The notes beneath the pieces were generated by a model. That model made no database searches. It had not been told where the DNA came from and worked only from the letters and a program-made list of their open reading frames with translations. 38,439 nt of DNA. Source: Actinomycetota bacterium. GTDB lineage: Bacteria; Actinomycetota; Acidimicrobiia; Acidimicrobiales; Ilumatobacteraceae. Positions 16,904-26,582 of this stretch are shown piece after piece. The stretch spans positions 1 to 38,439 of the forward strand of contig JBEBAF010000013.1 in NCBI GenBank assembly GCA_041159045.1. Direction: 5' to 3'. A program made the translations under genes and the position numbers. Within the stretch, counting starts at the first letter, position 1. Each line of letters starts with the position of its first letter.

Positions 16904-19449
16904 GATGTTCGCGCCTCGGTGCCGATGACGAGGCCTCGATACATGGCATCGGCGGCCTTTTGCGCGGTTCGGCGCAGTGAAGTTTCGGACGAAGCGCGCT
17001 CGATTTGGCGCAGTAGATCGACGATCTGGCGAACGTAACGAACGAAGTCGCCGGCGCCCATGTCGGGCAAGACTTCGAGCACTTTCGCCAAACTGCCGCC
17101 ATTCGCCCATACGGATGCGGCTCGGGAAAAGGCATTGTCGGGAAAGCGATGAGTCGGCAAGCCACTCGCCTCTTCGGCGACGCGGATTCTCAGACTGAGA
17201 TCTTCGAGTCGTTCGATCGCCGCATCGACCGTACGGTTCGGATTCGGGTGGTCTTCGTCGTCGCTCGCACGACGCTCGTAGACGACGGCGGAGACGACTG
17301 CGGCAAGATCCGACACCGAGAGATCGCTGAAAATCCCGCCTGCGATGGCTTCGGCGACCAACATGTCGCACTCGTGGAAGATTCCCGCAAGAAGGGCTCC
17401 GCTCGGAGTCAGTGACCAACCATCGACGAATCCGCGTTGACGAAGCAGAGCGAGAACCCGATCGAAAACGGCAGCCACGGATCGGGCCTCGCCGGCCAGC
17501 GTGTCTTCGATCCGCTTGATGTCTCGTCGGATGCGGTCCGCGTTGTCGGCATGACGCATCTTCTCGCGCAGATGAGGATCGTTCGTGATGGCCGAATCGG
17601 CACCAGGTTCGACCTGGTTTGTTCGACGTCCGTGGTGATGCTGCAGAAGTTGGCTACCGCGGCGCAAGTCGCCGGGATTCCAAATCGAGAAATCAGGGTC
17701 AATATCGATATGGCCGATCAACTGGGGTGTGGTGTCGAAGTCGTCGATCAACATGCCTCGTACGCCTTGGCGCACGTCAAGCACTGTCAGCTTGAGCCCG
17801 CGCTTGCGGGCCGCCGTTGCCACAACCACGAATCGCTCTTCCCTGCCATCGACCAGGCCGGAGAGAACGTCTCCCGGTTTCAGGTCTTCCCAGAGCGAGC
17901 GATCGGCTTTTGATCGGACATGTGGATCGACGCCATGTCCGGTGAGGCCCCGGTATTCCCAGATGTCTCCGTAAGAACTTTCCGCTCGCGCCATGGCGAG
18001 GGCCAAAGCTTCACGCCGTCGCTCGAGCCGGGCTTGGATCGCCACGACATTCGAGTTCGCCTGGAACTGCGCAAACGAAAGATTGAGGAGGTGCCGAACT
18101 TCGCGCTCGGAATGCGTTCGTACGAGGTTGACGGTCATGTTGTAGGTCGGCCGAAACGCAGAGGTGAGGTTGAAGGTTCGATTCGTGGTGAAGCGGACCA
18201 CTTCATCGATCGAAACGAAAGGGCTCCACAACGTGACGGCATGGCCGATGTTGTCGATGCCACGCCGTCCGGCGCGACCGGTCAGCTGTGTGAAGTCGGA
18301 AGTCTTCAAAGGAACATGACGCTCGCCCGTGAATCTGGTGAGTTTGTCGATGACAACCGTGCGTGCCGGCATATTGATTCCGACCGCAAGCGTCTCGGTG
18401 GCGAAAACGACCTTGAGTAGACCTTCGGAAAAAGCCTCTTCGACCATTTCCTTGAACGCGGGTACGAGGCCGGCATGGTGTGGGGCGACGCCGGCTGCCA
18501 TCAATTCTACGAAACCGTCAAAATCAAGTGCGCGTCTCTCTTCGGCATCAAGTCGTTCGGCATGTCGGTCTGCAAGTTGCCTGATGCGACGAATTTCATT
18601 CGCTGAGACGAATGACAAAGCATTTCGTCGACATTCCTTCGCGGCCTCATCGCATTGATTCCGGCTGAAGATGAAATAGATGGCCGGCAGCATGTCCAAG
18701 CGTTGAAGTTCTTCAACGACTTCGACCCGTGAGGCCGGTCCGATCCGGCCGCTCTTGCGCCCGTGACCCCTCGACGATGGGCCACGCTTGCCCTGATCGT
18801 CGGCCAGGATTTTCTTGAGTTTTGCATTCACGCGTTGGCCTTCGAGGGTCGGCATCACGCGGGTCTGGCCGATGGCCTTGTCGTATAAAGCGTGATGATG
18901 CTCGAGGGCGACCGGCCGTGTTCCTTCGACAATGGCCCGTGTGTCGCCACGCACGGTGGTGAGCCACGATGCAACCTCGTCGGCGTTGGAAACGGTTGCC
19001 GAGAGGCAAACCAGCGTCACTTCCATCGGTAGGTGAATGATGACTTCTTCCCACACCGGGCCGCGGTATTCATCCTGGAGAAAGTGGACCTCGTCGAGCA
19101 CGACATACGCGAGGGACTCGAGGGCGTCCGAGCGGGCATAAATCATGTTGCGTAGGACTTCCGTGGTCATGACCAGCAAAGGGGCTTCGGAGTTGATGCT
19201 CGTGTCACCGGTCAGTAGGCCGACGGTGGTGGACCCAAAGAGTTCCTGGAAATCCCGAAATTTTTGATTCGACAAGGCCTTGATCGGCGCCGTGTAGAAG
19301 GCCCGCTTCCCCTCGGCCAGGGCGCGACGAATCGCGTGCTCTGCGATGAAGGTCTTGCCCGATCCGGTCGGCGCTGCGACAAGCACGGACGCGCCCTCGT
19401 CGAGCGCCGCGCACGCCTCTCTTTGGAAGGGGTCGGGGGCGAAGGTCAT
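16900..19449 (-). CDS. helY: Ski2-like DEAD/DEAH-box RNA helicase HelY
   Basis: ORF 16900..20058, trimmed to Met204 (MTFAPDPFQREA...), whose ATG overlaps the tatC stop (ATGA). It has Walker A AAPTGSGKT, motif II LDEVHF, SAT, and HHAGL. It is syntenic with tatC/tatA as in Mycobacterium. Confidence 0.9.
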   Translation of the reverse strand: MTFAPDPFQREACAALDEGASVLVAAPTGSGKTFIAEHAIRRALAEGKRAFYTAPIKALSNQKFRDFQELFGSTTVGLLTGDTSINSEAPLLVMTTEVLRNMIYARSDALESLAYVVLDEVHFLQDEYRGPVWEEVIIHLPMEVTLVCLSATVSNADEVASWLTTVRGDTRAIVEGTRPVALEHHHALYDKAIGQTRVMPTLEGQRVNAKLKKILADDQGKRGPSSRGHGRKSGRIGPASRVEVVEELQRLDMLPAIYFIFSRNQCDEAAKECRRNALSFVSANEIRRIRQLADRHAERLDAEERRALDFDGFVELMAAGVAPHHAGLVPAFKEMVEEAFSEGLLKVVFATETLAVGINMPARTVVIDKLTRFTGERHVPLKTSDFTQLTGRAGRRGIDNIGHAVTLWSPFVSIDEVVRFTTNRTFNLTSAFRPTYNMTVNLVRTHSEREVRHLLNLSFAQFQANSNVVAIQARLERRREALALAMARAESSYGDIWEYRGLTGHGVDPHVRSKADRSLWEDLKPGDVLSGLVDGREERFVVVATAARKRGLKLTVLDVRQGVRGMLIDDFDTTPQLIGHIDIDPDFSIWNPGDLRRGSQLLQHHHGRRTNQVEPGADSAITNDPHLREKMRHADNADRIRRDIKRIEDTLAGEARSVAAVFDRVLALLRQRGFVDGWSLTPSGALLAGIFHECDMLVAEAIAGGIFSDLSVSDLAAVVSAVVYERRASDDEDHPNPNRTVDAAIERLEDLSLRIRVAEEASGLPTHRFPDNAFSRAASVWANGGSLAKVLEVLPDMGAGDFVRYVRQIVDLLRQIERASSETSLRRTAQKAADAMYRGLVIGTEARTS

Positions 19450-20240
19450 CGAGCCAGCGCTGCGGCGCGTTTCCGTCGTCGCCAAGCAATCAGGTAACCA
19501 ATTGCAACCGAGATCGCATAGAACAAACACATCGGCAGGGAAAGGGCGAAAAGCGAGACCGGGGATCCGTCGGGCGTCATGACCGCAGCCGTTACGAAAA
19601 TGATCATCACGGCCCAACGCCACTGTTTGACGAGTTGTGCCGGTTTGATGACATCCGTCAGCTGCAGGAAAACGATCACCACGGGGAAAAGGAATCCGAC
19701 ACCGAATGCGAGAACCATGAAGAAGACGAGGTTGACGTACTTTGTGATTTGGTACGTCTGCTCGACGTTCGAGCCTGACCAGCTGATGAGGAATTCGAGT
19801 GACCGCCCGAGTGTCCAATAGGCGATGTAAGCGCCGAGAGCGAACAGGCCGAGAGTAGAAACGATGAAGCCGACGGCGTAGCGTCGTTCGTTCCTGTGCA
19901 AGGCGGGAGCCACGAAACGCCAGACCTGCCAAACGATCACGGGTAGCGCCAAGATGACGCCGCCATAAACGGCAATTTTCATGCGTGCGCTGAAACCATC
20001 GATCGGCCCGAGGCCATACAGAGTGCCGTCGCACTTGAGTGTCGGCTTCTCCTTGCACAGCGCGCGATACGGATGGGTCAGAAACCTCAAGAGTGGGTCG
20101 TACTGCAAGAGGACGACGAGCATTCCCACGGCAACTGCCAACAACGCTCGGACGATGCGAAAGCGCAATTCCGACAGGTGCTCGACGAGGCTGGCCTGGT
20201 CGTCGGGGCGACGGACTTTCCTTGGCTTTCTACGAAACAT
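19446..20240 (-). CDS. tatC: twin-arginine translocase subunit TatC
   Basis: ORF 19446..20510, trimmed to Met91 (MFRRKPRKVRRPDDQASLVEHLSELRFRI...). It has the TatC hallmark HLxELR plus six predicted TM segments. It overlaps the tatA/B stop by 11 nt. Confidence 0.88.
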   Translation of the reverse strand: MFRRKPRKVRRPDDQASLVEHLSELRFRIVRALLAVAVGMLVVLLQYDPLLRFLTHPYRALCKEKPTLKCDGTLYGLGPIDGFSARMKIAVYGGVILALPVIVWQVWRFVAPALHRNERRYAVGFIVSTLGLFALGAYIAYWTLGRSLEFLISWSGSNVEQTYQITKYVNLVFFMVLAFGVGFLFPVVIVFLQLTDVIKPAQLVKQWRWAVMIIFVTAAVMTPDGSPVSLFALSLPMCLFYAISVAIGYLIAWRRRKRAAALAR

Positions 20241-20589
20241 CGCCTTCGGCCTCGTTTGTGGATTCGAATTCCGTGGGCTGCTGTGATTCGGGAGGTTCTT
20301 CGGCCTCATACGGAATGAATCGAGGTTCCGATTCGGTCGGGCCGGTTGAGCCACCGGTTTCTGGACCGTCAGCGAAAAGCTTGCGCGCCTCGGTTGCGGT
20401 CTTTCGCAACTCATCGAGTGGTTCGGTGAACGGTGCAGCGATGTCCTTTTGGAGGCCACCCGCAAAGCGGCGAACTTCGCTGTACATCTGACCGGCCTTG
20501 CGGAGGGCATCGGGCAACTTTTCGGGGCCGAGAACCACGAGTCCGATCAGGAGCAAAATGAAGATTTCGCCACCCGTGAGATTGAACAC
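20230..20589 (-). CDS. tatA: Sec-independent translocase TatA/TatB-family subunit (tatA position by synteny, TatB-like sequence features)
   Basis: 119 aa. MFNLTGGEIFILLLIGLVVLGPEKLPDALRKAG has a single N-terminal TM, a hinge Gly-Pro, and then an amphipathic helix and an acidic tail. GTG start with a TAGACT hexamer 6 nt upstream and no room for a spaced Shine-Dalgarno. Confidence 0.85.
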   Translation of the reverse strand: MFNLTGGEIFILLLIGLVVLGPEKLPDALRKAGQMYSEVRRFAGGLQKDIAAPFTEPLDELRKTATEARKLFADGPETGGSTGPTESEPRFIPYEAEEPPESQQPTEFESTNEAEGDVS

Positions 20590-20640
20590 TCCTGAAGTCT
20601 ACGAAGGGTCTCGAGGCGAGACATCACTAGATTGGATGTG
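20590..20640. promoter_or_regulatory. divergent back-to-back promoters for leaderless tatA/B and GDPD transcripts (predicted)
   Basis: The intergenic region is only about 51 nt. On the minus strand, TAGACT (20596-20601) lies 6 nt from the tatA GTG. On the plus strand, TAGATT (20628-20633) lies 7 nt from the ATG at 20641. Both fit the actinobacterial -10 consensus TAnnnT/TAGRRT. There is no Shine-Dalgarno on either side. Confidence 0.45.
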
Positions 20641-21318
20641 ATGATCGGGTTTGCGCACCGAGGCGCCAAGGCGTACGCGCCCGAGAACACGCTCGAAGCC
20701 TTCGCCCTGGCACTGCGATTGGGCGCCAACGGTCTCGAGAGCGATGTGTGGCTCACCGCAGACGGGGTGCCCGTTCTCGACCACGACGGCGTGGTTCGAC
20801 GAGGCCTGCGAAAACTGAAGATCGCCAGTCTCTGCCGGAGCGAACTCCCCCGTCACATCCCATCGCTCGGCGAGTTGCTTTCCTCCACCGCCACTGACGT
20901 TCCGCTTTCGTTGGACATCAAGGACGGCGCAGCATTCCGGTCGGTCATCGACGTTTATTCCACAGCGGTGGGCAGAGTTTTGGGCGCTTTGTATCTCTGT
21001 CACACCGATCTCGACGTCCTTCGGGCGAATGTCGAGCTTGCAACCGGTGCGCATCTCGTTCACTCCACGCGCCTCGCCGCGATGAAATCCGGTCCGGAAC
21101 GCCACGCAGCGCTCTTGCGTGATAGCGGTATCGATGTCGTGAACATGCCTTATCCGGATTGGAGCGGCGGACTCGTCGCGCTTTTTCGACGGTTCGAGAT
21201 CAAGTGCTTCGCGTGGGATTGCCAGCATGAACGACAATTGGAGGAAGTTCGGCGAATGGGCGTCGATGCGGTGTACAGCGATTGGCCTGATCGGCTGGCC
21301 GATGTGATGCAGCGCTAG
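20641..21318 (+). CDS. glycerophosphodiester phosphodiesterase (GDPD/UgpQ family)
   Basis: It reads IGFAHRGAKAYAPENTLEAFALALRLGANGLESDVWLTADGVPVLDHD, the canonical GDPD HRG...PENT...E-x-D...HD motif set. The listed ORF starts at TTG 20632. I prefer ATG 20641 (GTG 20638 is also possible) because of the -10 spacing. Confidence 0.85.
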   Translation: MIGFAHRGAKAYAPENTLEAFALALRLGANGLESDVWLTADGVPVLDHDGVVRRGLRKLKIASLCRSELPRHIPSLGELLSSTATDVPLSLDIKDGAAFRSVIDVYSTAVGRVLGALYLCHTDLDVLRANVELATGAHLVHSTRLAAMKSGPERHAALLRDSGIDVVNMPYPDWSGGLVALFRRFEIKCFAWDCQHERQLEEVRRMGVDAVYSDWPDRLADVMQR

Positions 21319-21926
21319 AGCCAACGCCAACGGCTGATCGGCCAAATCACGACGAACGCACGACCCACGACGCTCTTCTTGTCAACCGGTCCGAAAACAC
21401 GACTGTCCATCGACTGCGGCCGATTGTCGCCGAGGACGAAAATTTGCCCTTTTGGAACCGTGACTGCCGACATCTCGGGCTGGCGGCAGCGGGCGACCAA
21501 ATCACTTTGATCGGTATCACGTTTTGGAAGGTACTTCTCTTCCAGCAATTTGCCGTTGACGTAGACCTTGCACGCCTTGATGGTGACCGTTTCACCAGGA
21601 AGGCCGATGACACGCTTGATGAGGTCGTCATGTTGGACGCTCTGGCCATTCGACGTCACGCGGTCGAACACGACGACATCGCCCCGGCCGATGTCGCCGA
21701 TCCGATATGACATCTTGTTCACCAACACGCGGTTCGGTTGGAAGAGCGTCGTTTCCATCGACGGGCCGGAAATGTAGAACTGCTGGAGGGCAAAGGTTCG
21801 AATGCCGAGCGCCACGAGCAATGCCACTACGAGCACAACGATCCAGTCGCGAACCGCTTTGAACGAATCGCTGGGACGTGATTCGGGTTCGGTCAAGGGA
21901 CCCTCTCCCGGCAAGTCTTCGTGCAC
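21315..21926 (-). CDS. lepB: signal peptidase I
   Basis: It has the catalytic Ser motif ISGPSMETTL, IKRVIGLPGE, and GDNRPQSMDSR, preceded by one TM (WIVVLVVALLVALGI). The listed ORF starts at TTG 22052, inside pafA. GTG 21926 has a TAGCCT hexamer 7 nt upstream and avoids overlap with pafA. GTG 21989 is another candidate. Confidence 0.85.
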   Translation of the reverse strand: MHEDLPGEGPLTEPESRPSDSFKAVRDWIVVLVVALLVALGIRTFALQQFYISGPSMETTLFQPNRVLVNKMSYRIGDIGRGDVVVFDRVTSNGQSVQHDDLIKRVIGLPGETVTIKACKVYVNGKLLEEKYLPKRDTDQSDLVARCRQPEMSAVTVPKGQIFVLGDNRPQSMDSRVFGPVDKKSVVGRAFVVIWPISRWRWL

Positions 21927-21946
21927 CGGAGCGAGGCTAGTGGCGA

Positions 21947-23305
21947 TTACATCGACTCGATCAGCTTTTCGACCCGTTCGTCCCTGCACTTGAACGGATC
22001 TTTCAACAGAAGCGTTCTCTGTGTTTGATCGTTCAGCTTGAGATGTACCCAATCGACCGTGAAATCGCGCTTTCGAGCCTTCGCCCGTTTGATGAACTCA
22101 CCACGGAGTCGCGCGCGGGTCGTGCTTGGAGGTTCGTCGACGGCTTTGTCAATGTCCTCATCGGAACACAGTCTGTCGACGAGGCTCTTCTTTTCGAGTT
22201 TGTAGTAGAGGCCGCGGGTACGCGAAACGTCGTGATATTGCAGGTCGACAAGCTGGGTCTGGGCGTCTCCCAACGACAACCCGTGGCGCGACCGGTATGC
22301 CTCGATCAGGTGATACTTGATGACCCAATCGATTTCACGATTGAGTGACAACGGATCCCGCTCGAGGCCCGTCACGCAGTGCTCCCACATCTGCAGCGCG
22401 CGCATCTCGAATTCCGGAAAACCCTGTTTGTCGGCGAACAGCAATGCGCGGTCGAGACATTCACGTTGAATGTCGAGAGCCGAAACGTCTCGTCCGTTGA
22501 CGAGCCGAACCGTGCGTCGACACGTCATGTCGTGACTGATCTCTCTTATGGCCCGGATGGGATTTTCTAGGCTGAGGTCTCTCAAGACGACGGACGGCTC
22601 TTCCATCATGCGAAGAAGGCACGCCGTCGAGCCCAGCTTGAGAAATGTCGTGTATTCGCTCATGTTCGAGTCGCCGACGATCACGTGAAGCCTTCGGAAA
22701 TGTTCCGCGTCAGCGTGCGGTTCATCGCGCGTATTGATGATCGGGCGGCTACGCGTCGTTGCAGAGCTCATGCTCTCCCAAATGTGGTCGGCCCGTTGCG
22801 ATATGGAATACAGCGGCCCCCGTGCTGTCTGCGTGATTCGGCCTGCTCCGGCAATGACCTGCCGAGAGACGAGGAACGGAATGAGCACCTGGTTGATTGC
22901 CGCTTGGTTGTCTTCGCGACCGGTCAGGTAGTTCTCGTGACAGCCATATGAATTGCCCGCACTGTCAGTGTTGTTTTTGAAGAGATAAACGGTTCCCCGG
23001 ATGCCTTCGTCGCGCAAGCGCTCTTCGGCTGATTGTGTGAGGCTCTCGATCCAGCGTTCGCCGGCTTTGTCGTGAACGACGGCGTCGTAGATCGAGTCAC
23101 ACTCGGGCGTGGCGTATTCGGGGTGCGAACCGACGTCGAGATACAACCTTGCCCCATTTTCGAGAAACACGTTGCTACTGCGGCCCCAAGACACGACTTT
23201 CCGAAACAGATATCGTGCGACTTCATCGGGCGTGAGGCGACGTTGACCTCGTAGCGTGCAGGTGATGCCGTATTCGGTTTCGATGCCGTAAATCCGGCGC
23301 TCCAT
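21947..23305 (-). CDS. pafA: Pup--protein ligase PafA
   Basis: ORF 21947..23443, trimmed to Met47 ([14 protein letters not shown]...). It contains [10 protein letters not shown] and [10 protein letters not shown]. It lacks the roughly 35-aa insertion present in the paralogue at 25044..26582, consistent with PafA rather than Dop. Confidence 0.9.
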   Translation of the reverse strand: MERRIYGIETEYGITCTLRGQRRLTPDEVARYLFRKVVSWGRSSNVFLENGARLYLDVGSHPEYATPECDSIYDAVVHDKAGERWIESLTQSAEERLRDEGIRGTVYLFKNNTDSAGNSYGCHENYLTGREDNQAAINQVLIPFLVSRQVIAGAGRITQTARGPLYSISQRADHIWESMSSATTRSRPIINTRDEPHADAEHFRRLHVIVGDSNMSEYTTFLKLGSTACLLRMMEEPSVVLRDLSLENPIRAIREISHDMTCRRTVRLVNGRDVSALDIQRECLDRALLFADKQGFPEFEMRALQMWEHCVTGLERDPLSLNREIDWVIKYHLIEAYRSRHGLSLGDAQTQLVDLQYHDVSRTRGLYYKLEKKSLVDRLCSDEDIDKAVDEPPSTTRARLRGEFIKRAKARKRDFTVDWVHLKLNDQTQRTLLLKDPFKCRDERVEKLIESM

Positions 23306-23321
23306 GGCGCGAAGAGCCCGG

Positions 23322-24002
23322 TCAGTCGGCCAGAAGCCGACCGACTTCCTCGTCGTCGAGGCGGGCAAATGCCCGGCGTGAGCCGTTGCGTCGCAGTACG
23401 GCCACCTCGAGGTCGTCGGCCACGAGCGTGCGATCAGGGCCACTGAGTGCGGAACACGCCAAACGCACCGCCGTTTTCAGATCGGGGGTTTCTGCCAATT
23501 GCGGCGACAGACGACCGGCAATTGCGTCGGCATCGCCGCCCAAAACCGAAAAGTGTTTCTCGTCGAGAACGGTTCCGTCGTAGAGGATGTGGAAAAGCTG
23601 GTCGGTAGCGGACGAACTGCCGATTTCGGCAACAAGAATCTCTACTTCGAGAGGCTTCATCTCGTGGGTGAAAATCTGACCCAAAATCTGCGCGTACTGA
23701 TTTGCGAGGCTCCGTGCGTCGACATCGGCACGTGAGTATTGGTAGCCCTTCAAGTCGGCTGCTCGGACGCCGGCCACACGCAATTGGTCGAACTCGTTGT
23801 ACTTCCCTACGCCCGCGAACGCGATGCGGTCGTAGATTTCGCTGACCTTGCGCAGGGTGTTCGACGGGTTCTCCGCCACGATGGCGATGCCCTCGAGGAA
23901 CTGAATTGCCACGAGGGCGCGACCACGTGCAATTCCCTTTCGTGCGTAGTCCGCACGATCCTTCATCACCTGTTCGGGCGCAACGTAGAAGGGCATGCTC
24001 AT
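23322..24002 (-). CDS. prcA: 20S proteasome alpha subunit
   Basis: 226 aa. [32 protein letters not shown]...[21 protein letters not shown] shows strong similarity to my recollection of the Mycobacterium PrcA sequence. The start overlaps the prcB stop (ATGA). Confidence 0.93.
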   Translation of the reverse strand: MSMPFYVAPEQVMKDRADYARKGIARGRALVAIQFLEGIAIVAENPSNTLRKVSEIYDRIAFAGVGKYNEFDQLRVAGVRAADLKGYQYSRADVDARSLANQYAQILGQIFTHEMKPLEVEILVAEIGSSSATDQLFHILYDGTVLDEKHFSVLGGDADAIAGRLSPQLAETPDLKTAVRLACSALSGPDRTLVADDLEVAVLRRNGSRRAFARLDDEEVGRLLAD

Positions 24003-24808
24003 GAGCGGTTCCCCCCGTTTCGCTCGTGTTGCTCGGCGAGGATTTCATCAACGATCGATGCGAGGACTGAATCGTCGATCCGCGTCCAGCCATCGTTGGT
24101 GATGGTTGCCGTGACGGGATAGATGCCGCGGAGAGCATCGGGTCCGCCCGTTGCAGAATCGGCGTCGGCTGCCTCCCACAACGCTTTCACCGCAATGCGG
24201 ATTGCTGCATCGCCGGTGAGGTCGGAGCGCCAGCCGAGTTTGATCACGGTGCCGGCATGCAGACTTCCCGAACCCGTGGCGACGAATTCCTTCTCTTCGT
24301 ATCGCCCGCCTGTGGGGTCGTAATCCCACAAGCGGCCGGTCGAAGTGGCGAGGTCGTATCCCGCAAAAATCGGAACAACGACCATGCCTTGCATCGCAGC
24401 CGGAAGATTTCCCCTGACGAGCATGGACAGTTGGTTGGCCTTGCCTTCGAGAGAGAGAAGCTGGCCTTCGACCTTTTCGTAATGCTCGAGTTGCAGTTGA
24501 AACAACTTGATCATTTCCATCGCGGGCCCCGCGGCACCGGCAATGGCGACTCCGCTGAAGCGATCGGCCTCGACGACCTTTTCCATCGAGCGATGAGAAA
24601 TGAGATTTCCCGATGTGGCGCGACGATCGCCGGCCATGACAACGCCGCCGTCGAACCGGAGGGCTACGCAAGTTGTTGCATGTGGAATGTTCGGCGAATG
24701 GACACTCTGCGAGGCAGATGCGGCAAATGGTTCGACTCCGACGCGGTGCAAAAGGTCGACAAAGTTGGCACCCGGGTGATCGCCGGGTGAGAAAAAGGGC
24801 ATCGACAT
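23999..24808 (-). CDS. prcB: 20S proteasome beta subunit (with propeptide)
   Basis: 269 aa. The propeptide is followed by ...PHA/TTCVALRFDGGVVMAGDRRAT, which has the catalytic Thr1 context. It also contains YEKVEG and DSATGGPD. Confidence 0.93.
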   Translation of the reverse strand: MSMPFFSPGDHPGANFVDLLHRVGVEPFAASASQSVHSPNIPHATTCVALRFDGGVVMAGDRRATSGNLISHRSMEKVVEADRFSGVAIAGAAGPAMEMIKLFQLQLEHYEKVEGQLLSLEGKANQLSMLVRGNLPAAMQGMVVVPIFAGYDLATSTGRLWDYDPTGGRYEEKEFVATGSGSLHAGTVIKLGWRSDLTGDAAIRIAVKALWEAADADSATGGPDALRGIYPVTATITNDGWTRIDDSVLASIVDEILAEQHERNGGNRS

Positions 24809-24814
24809 CGGGGT

Positions 24815-25015
24815 CTACTCCCCGCCCTTTTGCACGTAGCTCTTGACAAAATCTTCCGCGTTGGACTCGAGGACCTCGTCGATCTCGTCGAGTAGATCGT
24901 CGAGCTCGGCCTTGATCTTCTCTCCGCGCGCAGAGTCCCCGACCGGAGACTCGCCTGCGGGCGAATCTGCGTCGTTCGACCGATCGCTGCGAGTTTTTTG
25001 AATCCGTTCGGCCAT
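24815..25015 (-). CDS. pup: prokaryotic ubiquitin-like protein Pup (C-terminal GGE)
   Basis: ORF 24815..25054, trimmed to Met14, which lies downstream of the dop stop at 25044. It ends ...[29 protein letters not shown], the canonical Pup C-terminal half, and totals 66 aa. Confidence 0.9.
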   Translation of the reverse strand: MAERIQKTRSDRSNDADSPAGESPVGDSARGEKIKAELDDLLDEIDEVLESNAEDFVKSYVQKGGE

Positions 25016-25043
25016 GTGCCCACGGTAGCCAACTGGTCGACCC

Positions 25044-26582
25044 TCAGTAGACACCGGGGTCGTAGGTTTTCACCGTGTCGTGGGGGTCTCCGCCAAGACG
25101 TTCGATCAATTCTCGGGGAGTTGCCGACGATTCGATGAGGGTTTCCACCAGGTCGCGGGTTCCGCGCATCGGCTCCATCATCGGAATCCGGCGCAATGGT
25201 TCGTCCCCCACGTCGAAAACGAGACTGTCCCAATTGGCGGCGACAACCTGATCGGGCCACTTGTCGAGGCAGCGTCCGCGAAAGAACGCACGGGTTGATT
25301 CAGGCGGATTGTGAACGGCCTTCCGCACGTCATGTGGCTCGGTCATCGAACGAAGTCCGACCCGACCGGCGAGACATTTGTCTGGACGCATGTCGTGATA
25401 TTGCAAGTCGATGGCTTTGAGTCGAATATCGCTCGGCGCGAGACCATGCCGAGAGGCGTAGCCATCGACAAGGCGCTTCTTTGCGACCCAGTCGACCACG
25501 TCGGCCACACGATCCGGATCCGATTCGAGCCCTTCGAGAACTTCTTGCCAGAGACCCAGCAATTTCATTGCTTCACCGGGCGCTCCCGGGGTTTCGATGC
25601 AGTCTCCCCCACGGCTTTGCACGTACGAGCGGGCGAGATCGAGAAGCTCGTATTGCACTTGAAGTGCTGTGGCGCGTTGACCGTTTATCCGCTCGACCGT
25701 CGCACGAAGGCTTGCGTCGTGGCTCACCTCGCGGATAGCCGTCAGAGGGTGGGCCAACTGAAAGTTGTGCGGGATGTAGTCGTCTTCGATCATGGCGAGC
25801 ACGAGTGCGGTCGTGCCGACCTTCAGAAAGGTTGCAGTCTCGCTCATGTTCGCGTCGCCAACGATGACGTGGAGTCGTCGATACAGGACGGGGTTGCAAT
25901 GGGGCTCGTCGCGTGTGTTGACGATCGGCCGCTTCAACGTCGTTTCAAGCCCGATTTCTTCCTCGAAGAAGTCGGCGCGTTGGGTCAACTGGTAGGGCAC
26001 GTCCTTGTTGCTCAAACCGGGAAATTCGCAACCGACCTTCCCTGCGCCGGTGAAAATCTGACGCGTGACGAAGTGAGTCGTGATCAGCGCGGCAAGGCGA
26101 CCGAAGGGCAATTCACGCTCGACGAGATAATTCTCGTGGCAGCCGTAAGAGTTGCCCTTGCCGTCGGAATTGTTCTTGTAGAGAACGATCTCATGGCCGG
26201 ATGGAAGCTTGTCCTTTGCTGCGATCGCACTCGCACGGATGATCTCCTCTGCCGCCCTGTCGTAAAGCACCACTTGTTCGGCGCTCGTGCATTCAGGTGT
26301 TGAGACCTCGGGATGTGCATGATCGACGTAGTACCTGGCCCCGTTGGTGAGCACCGAGTTGACAAGGTGGGTTTCAACCTCCGGAGGGAACGAGTCTTCG
26401 AGTACGAATCCTCTGGCGTCGGAACTCGGCGACTCGTCCTCGAAATCCCAGCCAATCAGCTGTGGAAAGTTTCCCGCGTAGGCGTTGACCAGCACGGACG
26501 AAGCAACGACCGGATTGGCGTCGAATCCGCGCGTGATGATTCCGTATTCGGTCTCGATCCCGCAAACCTTGTGAATGGCCAT
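25044..26582 (-). CDS. dop: Pup deamidase/depupylase Dop
   Basis: 512 aa. It begins [15 protein letters not shown] and contains [11 protein letters not shown] and [10 protein letters not shown]. It carries the Dop-specific loop insertion ([30 protein letters not shown]) and sits immediately upstream of pup, as in other actinobacteria. Confidence 0.9.
   Translation of the reverse strand: MAIHKVCGIETEYGIITRGFDANPVVASSVLVNAYAGNFPQLIGWDFEDESPSSDARGFVLEDSFPPEVETHLVNSVLTNGARYYVDHAHPEVSTPECTSAEQVVLYDRAAEEIIRASAIAAKDKLPSGHEIVLYKNNSDGKGNSYGCHENYLVERELPFGRLAALITTHFVTRQIFTGAGKVGCEFPGLSNKDVPYQLTQRADFFEEEIGLETTLKRPIVNTRDEPHCNPVLYRRLHVIVGDANMSETATFLKVGTTALVLAMIEDDYIPHNFQLAHPLTAIREVSHDASLRATVERINGQRATALQVQYELLDLARSYVQSRGGDCIETPGAPGEAMKLLGLWQEVLEGLESDPDRVADVVDWVAKKRLVDGYASRHGLAPSDIRLKAIDLQYHDMRPDKCLAGRVGLRSMTEPHDVRKAVHNPPESTRAFFRGRCLDKWPDQVVAANWDSLVFDVGDEPLRRIPMMEPMRGTRDLVETLIESSATPRELIERLGGDPHDTVKTYDPGVY

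Noticed and set aside
16904-20510. N-terminal extensions of listed ORFs: 16337..17419, helY up to 20058, and tatC up to 20510. Elsewhere the same applies to pafA up to 23443, the LLM gene up to 4016, ltaE from 5544, pup up to 25054, and dacB up to 31962.
   Set aside because: The extensions overlap the preceding gene, translate to Arg/Pro/Ser-rich junk, and precede family-typical N-termini. Those N-termini coincide with 4-nt stop/start overlaps or -10 hexamers.
23300-23345. My hand indexing of the printed sequence around the pafA start and prcA stop disagreed by 1 nt with ORF-track arithmetic.
   Set aside because: I treated this as my own counting error, not a frameshift, because both ORF-track proteins read through cleanly. 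I used ORF-track-derived coordinates (pafA start 23305, prcA stop 23322). Hand-derived coordinates of small motifs elsewhere may carry a similar error of 1-2 nt.
23988-24808. PrcA and PrcB both begin with MSMPF. I considered a duplicated start region or a recoding signal.
   Set aside because: The nucleotide sequences of the two starts differ (atgagcatgcccttc versus atgtcgatgcccttt). The match is only 5 aa and is most simply coincidence or a shared N-terminal preference.
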